This document shows, piece after piece, positions 20,397 to 24,000 of a DNA stretch of 24,000 nucleotides; position 1 is the stretch's first letter; each line of letters begins with the position of its first letter. The stretch lies in the NCBI RefSeq assembly GCF_040267455.1, contig NZ_CP158308.1; one strand, written 5' to 3'. Made by a program: the position numbers and the translations under genes. The stretch is from Escherichia coli. Its GTDB lineage: Bacteria > Pseudomonadota > Gammaproteobacteria > Enterobacterales > Enterobacteriaceae. The notes beneath the pieces are model-generated. The model saw only the letters and a list, made by a program, of their open reading frames with translations, did no database searches and had not been told where the DNA came from.

Positions 20397-20805
20397 AAAA
20401 AACCTCGTTAAACGATAACAGATAATGAAGAAACTATTATCGTTGAGTCGACACCATCAATTGACCAGATATTTCTGACATTCATAATCAAAAAATTTGA
20501 CAAAACTGTAAACGTTCGCTTTTTATACCAACACAGAATCCACTCAGTCACACAACCTGTATGCGTCATTTCCTGCTGTTATTTAAAAAATTTCTCACGT
20601 AACAGACATTTCAAAAAAACACTAAAAAATACCAGAACAATTAAGATAATATTACGATCAAATAAGTAAAAGTCTTTTGTCTGTTATTTTTATTTTCTGT
20701 GATTACTGTCATTCTTTCACCACTTTAATTAACATCGCATAATAATCCGGGAGGTGGATAAGATATGAAAATTAACTATCCTTTACTGGCGCTGGCGTTG
20801 AATTA

Positions 20806-21155
20806 TTACCTGTAGAGCTCACTCCGGATGAGCAGAAAGAACCGATGGTGGCTCTTACTCCACTTTTATCCACTCCTTCACACAGCACTGTCAGTGCAGG
20901 TGCCTGAAAGATCTCGTTCCGTCACGGTAAAATGACGCTGGAAAATTCTTCACCAGAACTGCTCACTGTGTTAATTCGTGAACTGACCTGGGGGGAATGC
21001 GTGGTACCCTGCTGTACGGACTAATCGGAACCTGTCGGTTGAACGGTATCGATCCGGAAGCGTATCTGCGCCATATCCTGAACGTTCTACCGGAATGGCC
21101 TTCCTGCATGGTTGATGAACTCCTGCCATGGAATATGGTGCTCCCATTGGGGTAA
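20806..21155 (+). pseudogene. IS66-family remnant: TnpA C-terminus joined to TnpC C-terminus
   Basis: Frame at 20806: LPVELTPDEQKEPMVALTP...SAGA*KISFRHGKMTLENSSPELLTVLIRELTW, with an in-frame TGA. Frame at 20997: MRGTLLYGLIGTCRLNGIDPEAYLRHILNVLPEWPSCMVDELLPWNMVLPLG* is the IS66 transposase C-terminus. tnpB and most of tnpC are missing. Confidence 0.82.
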
Positions 21156-21278
21156 GCGTCAATACGGCGTTCGCTTAACTTAACACTTACTTTCAAAGCC
21201 TGATATCTGTCCTACGCTTTTCCTCAATACCACATCGCCAGCAGGAAACAACCTAATGCCTGTGTTGGGGTCTGAATT

Positions 21279-21297
21279 ACTAATGATAATCATTTGC
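21279..21297. promoter_or_regulatory. Fur box-like operator upstream of sitA
   Basis: CTAATGATAATCATTTGCA contains the ATGATAATCAT core of the Fur consensus. Confidence 0.75.
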
Positions 21298-21321
21298 ATT
21301 GTGTATAGCTTATGCTATAAA
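21294..21321 (+). promoter_or_regulatory. Putative sigma70 promoter of sitA
   Basis: TTGCAT (21294-21299), 16-bp spacer, TATAAA (21316-21321), between the Fur-like and MntR-like sites. Confidence 0.6.
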
Positions 21322-21340
21322 ACATAGCCGTTGCTATGTT
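21321..21340. promoter_or_regulatory. MntR box-like operator upstream of sitA
   Basis: Perfect inverted repeat AACATAGC-CGTT-GCTATGTT. Confidence 0.8.
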
Positions 21341-21373
21341 TGTTCTAATTTTACTCACTATAGGTACTGAATT

Positions 21374-22288
21374 ATGCACTCAATAAAAAAAGTAACCATG
21401 CTCCTGGGGTGCCTCGCCCTCACCTGCTCGATAGCATTTCAGGCGAGTGCAACTGAAAAATTCAAGGTCATTACAACATTTACCATCATCGCAGATATGG
21501 CCAAAAACGTGGCTGGAGATGCTGCAGAAGTCTCATCCATAACCAGGCCCGGTGCAGAAATTCATGAGTATCAGCCTACCCCTGGCGATATTAAACGTGC
21601 GCAGGGGGCACAACTGATTCTCGCCAACGGTATGAATCTGGAATTGTGGTTCCAGCGCTTTTACCAGCATCTCAGTGGGGTTCCAGAAGTGATTGTCTCT
21701 TCGGGTGTGACGCCAGTAGGGATCACCGAAGGCCCCTACGAGGGAAAACCTAACCCTCATGCCTGGATGTCGCCAGATAATGCTTTGATTTACGTCGATA
21801 ATATTCGTGATGCGTTGATAAAATACGATCCGGCAAATGCAAAAACATACCAACGTAATGCCGATACTTATAAAGCCAAGATTACCCAAACCCTTGCCCC
21901 CCTGCGTAAGCAGATTGCTGAACTCCCTGAGAATAAAAGATGGATGGTCACCAGTGAAGGGGCTTTTTCTTATCTCGCACGCGATTTGGGGCTAAAAGAG
22001 CTTTATCTGTGGCCGATAAATGCCGATCAACAAGGAACACCCCAGCAGGTACGTAAAGTGGTTGATATAGTGAAGAAAAATAATATCCCAGCGGTATTTA
22101 GTGAGAGTACGGTTTCCGATAAACCAGCGCGTCAGGTTGCGCGTGAAACCGGCGCACACTACGGCGGTGTGCTCTATGTCGATTCCCTGAGCACAGAAAA
22201 CGGCCCGGTACCTACGTATATCGACCTTCTGAAGGTTACTACCAGTACGCTGGTGCAGGGAATTAAAGCCGGGAAAAGGGAGAAGTAA
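21374..22288 (+). CDS. sitA: Iron/manganese ABC transporter periplasmic substrate-binding protein SitA
   Basis: 304 aa with signal peptide. Cluster A-I metal-binding protein features (NPHAWMSPDNALIYVDNI, GVLYVDSLS). Followed by the sitB start with ATG overlap. Confidence 0.93.
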   Translation: MHSIKKVTMLLGCLALTCSIAFQASATEKFKVITTFTIIADMAKNVAGDAAEVSSITRPGAEIHEYQPTPGDIKRAQGAQLILANGMNLELWFQRFYQHLSGVPEVIVSSGVTPVGITEGPYEGKPNPHAWMSPDNALIYVDNIRDALIKYDPANAKTYQRNADTYKAKITQTLAPLRKQIAELPENKRWMVTSEGAFSYLARDLGLKELYLWPINADQQGTPQQVRKVVDIVKKNNIPAVFSESTVSDKPARQVARETGAHYGGVLYVDSLSTENGPVPTYIDLLKVTTSTLVQGIKAGKREK

Positions 22289-22425
22289 TGATGCAATCTG
22301 CGGGTATTGTCGTTAATGGCGTTACTGTCACCTGGCGAAACGGGCAGAAAGCACTGCGCGATGCATCCTTCACAGTACCAGGCGGATCTATTGCCGCTCT
22401 GCTTGGGGTAAACGGTTCCGGTGAA
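22288..22425 (+). pseudogene. sitB: Truncated SitB ATPase fragment
   Basis: MMQSAGIVVNGVTVTWRNGQKALRDASFTVPGGSIAALLGVNGSG, then SitB-like sequence stops inside the Walker A motif. Signature, Walker B, sitC and sitD are absent. Confidence 0.87.
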
Positions 22426-22771
22426 ATCGTCTTGACACGTTTCTGGGCTCGTCATCAGCGGTTGTTGCGAATGATCGCCGCCCTGCGATGGTTGATTTAT
22501 TTTATTGCGCCCCGGCGTCTGCCTTGCCAGGTACCGGAGGCGGGCTCTGAAGGACTGAGTAGGGTGAGCGCGTCAGGCCGCGAAGTACTGACACGGGAGT
22601 TTGTGGCAGGCAGTGAAGTCCTGACCAGGGTAAGGGAGGGGCTGACGTGCATGCCCTGACTGTCAGCCAGGGCGCGTGGTGACTGACTTTCTCAATAACC
22701 CGCTGTCAGGCGCTCAACGCCCGACAGCAGGCCATGGCCCGGTGTGCAAAGACCTGACGGCAGGCCTTGTG

Positions 22772-23092
22772 TCACCCGGAGAAGGTAAATCCCTCAAGAG
22801 GCAGCAGCTCAGCCAGTCGGTCCTCAGGCCACTCCGGCAGGCGCGTCAGTACGTCCGTCAGCCAGGCATGTGGCTCCAGACCATTACGCTTTGCTGTTTC
22901 CAGAAGACTCATTATCTGTGCCGCGCGTTTGCCGGCCATCAGCGAGCCTGCGAATAACCATGCCTTTCGCCCCAGCGTGACCGGGCGGATGGCTCGTTCG
23001 CAGATATTGTTGTCCGGTGGCACAGAGCCATCATCCAGAAAACGGCACAGCTCATCAGGTCGTTTCAGGATATAGCTGATAGCCTTATGCAA
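22772..23092 (-). pseudogene. IS66-family transposase (TnpC-like) C-terminal fragment
   Basis: FLDDGSVPPDNNICERAIRPVTLGRKAWLFAGSLMAGKRAAQIMSLLETAKRNGLEPHAWLTDVLTRLPEWPEDRLAELLPLEGF. No upstream DDE domain in the window. Confidence 0.85.
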
Positions 23093-23565
23093 TGGACTGT
23101 CTGGCGGACCGCCTGCTCCTGCTCTTGACGGTTTTTTGCCTTGTATATCAGGTTATAGACGAGAAGATTGTCGTCTTCGTGGTTTCCGTCAGGAAAAGAG
23201 AATGCTCAAAAGTGTATAGTAAGGCGGTCAAACGCATTCGCTGAAATAAGATGTGTCACTTCAGCTTTGCGTTAACACGACTATTTTTCATCACTCAAGC
23301 GGTAGTCCCGGTGACTCACACGTATACGAGTCACCGCTTCAGATTTGAGTATCCGAATTTAAATCAGGGACACAATGGAAGAAGCGAACACTTTCGCATC
23401 CTCTTCCTGCAATTCGCAGACTGTCACTCTGCGTCCAGTTCCCTCTTTCCTCAGCAGGTACCAACGCCAGGCTCCCGACAAAGGTTGACCTGAAACGACC
23501 AAATACACAGGAAACAAAATACTGTCAGACAGAACGAGGCGTGCTATACATCACGCCTCAATGCT

Positions 23566-24000
23566 TCAGTGGCTGATTTTTTTCAGCTGTTCTTCACTCA
23601 ATCCCGTGATTTTCATGATGGTCTGAAGCCCCATTCCTTCAGCCAACATATTACGCGCCGTTTCCAGTTTGCCTTCCAGTTGTCCTTCGAGTCGCCCTTC
23701 GGCACGGCCTTCCATTCTGCCTTCCATTCTGCCTTCTAGCTTACCGCGCTCCATACCCTGGGCAATACCGCGCTCAAATCCCTTGACTTCCCCTTCCTGC
23801 TTCAGTTGTTCAGCCAGTGTCATTATGTTGCCCTCATGCTGTGGCAGCCGCTCCGCCAGCGTCTGCAAAAACCTTACCGTCACATGTTCACTGCCGTTCA
23901 GCAGATAGTGGAACAGAGCCTTCGCCAGCTCTTCATTCAGTGAAGTCTGTATCAGCTGAACCAGCCTGTCCATCTGCAGCATGATGTCGCGGCTGCGGCT
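23566..24000 (-). CDS. Rpn/YhgA-type recombination-promoting nuclease / putative transposase, C-terminal part; 5' end beyond window
   Basis: LIQTSLNEELAKALFHYLLNGSEHVTVRFLQTLAERLPQHEGNIMTLAEQLKQEGEVKGFERGIAQGMERG... The frame stays open to the window edge upstream of the predicted Met at 23982. Confidence 0.8.
   Translation of the reverse strand, partial: SRSRDIMLQMDRLVQLIQTSLNEELAKALFHYLLNGSEHVTVRFLQTLAERLPQHEGNIMTLAEQLKQEGEVKGFERGIAQGMERGKLEGRMEGRMEGRAEGRLEGQLEGKLETARNMLAEGMGLQTIMKITGLSEEQLKKISH
23664..23748 (-). repeat. Degenerate 12-bp tandem repeat inside the Rpn-like CDS encoding (G[R/Q/K][M/L/A]E)n
   Basis: Protein KLEGRMEGRMEGRAEGRLEGQLEGKLE, DNA units such as CTTCCATTCTGC repeated. 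Confidence 0.75.

Noticed and set aside
22676-23075. Plus-strand ORFs (22676..22957, 22767..23075) over the IS66 fragment
   Set aside because: Opposite strand to a recognisable IS66 transposase C-terminus. Treated as shadows.
11700-24000. CRISPR array or retron-like structure in the island
   Set aside because: No regularly spaced repeats, no cas genes and no reverse transcriptase. The only tandem repeats are within the Rpn-like CDS.

Overview
The window covers an Escherichia-type chromosomal backbone (about 1-11.7 kb) joined to the start of a genomic island (about 11.76 kb to the window end). Backbone order: a yjgL-like tail, argI, rraB, yjgM, yjgN, valS, holC, pepA, lptF, lptG. The island begins just after lptG with a P4-type tyrosine integrase, and I see no tRNA gene at the junction. 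Island cargo: a TPR-like protein, a truncated ISAs1/H-repeat transposase, and a compact AT-rich minus-strand cluster (EcsC-domain protein, CxxC/CxxC zinc-ribbon protein, 117-aa unknown). Next come a Tia/Hek/Hra1-type outer-membrane beta-barrel adhesin/invasin, a small exported protein, a DolP (YraP) paralogue, a glutaredoxin-like small protein and a DoxX-family membrane protein. A decayed sit locus follows: intact sitA with Fur- and MntR-like sites, and sitB cut at its Walker A motif, lying between IS66-family remnants. The window ends in a partial Rpn/YhgA-type transposase/nuclease gene. The three-gene EcsC cluster and the DolP-paralogue/Grx-like/DoxX envelope set are the best candidates for something under-described. 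No function can be proven from sequence alone.
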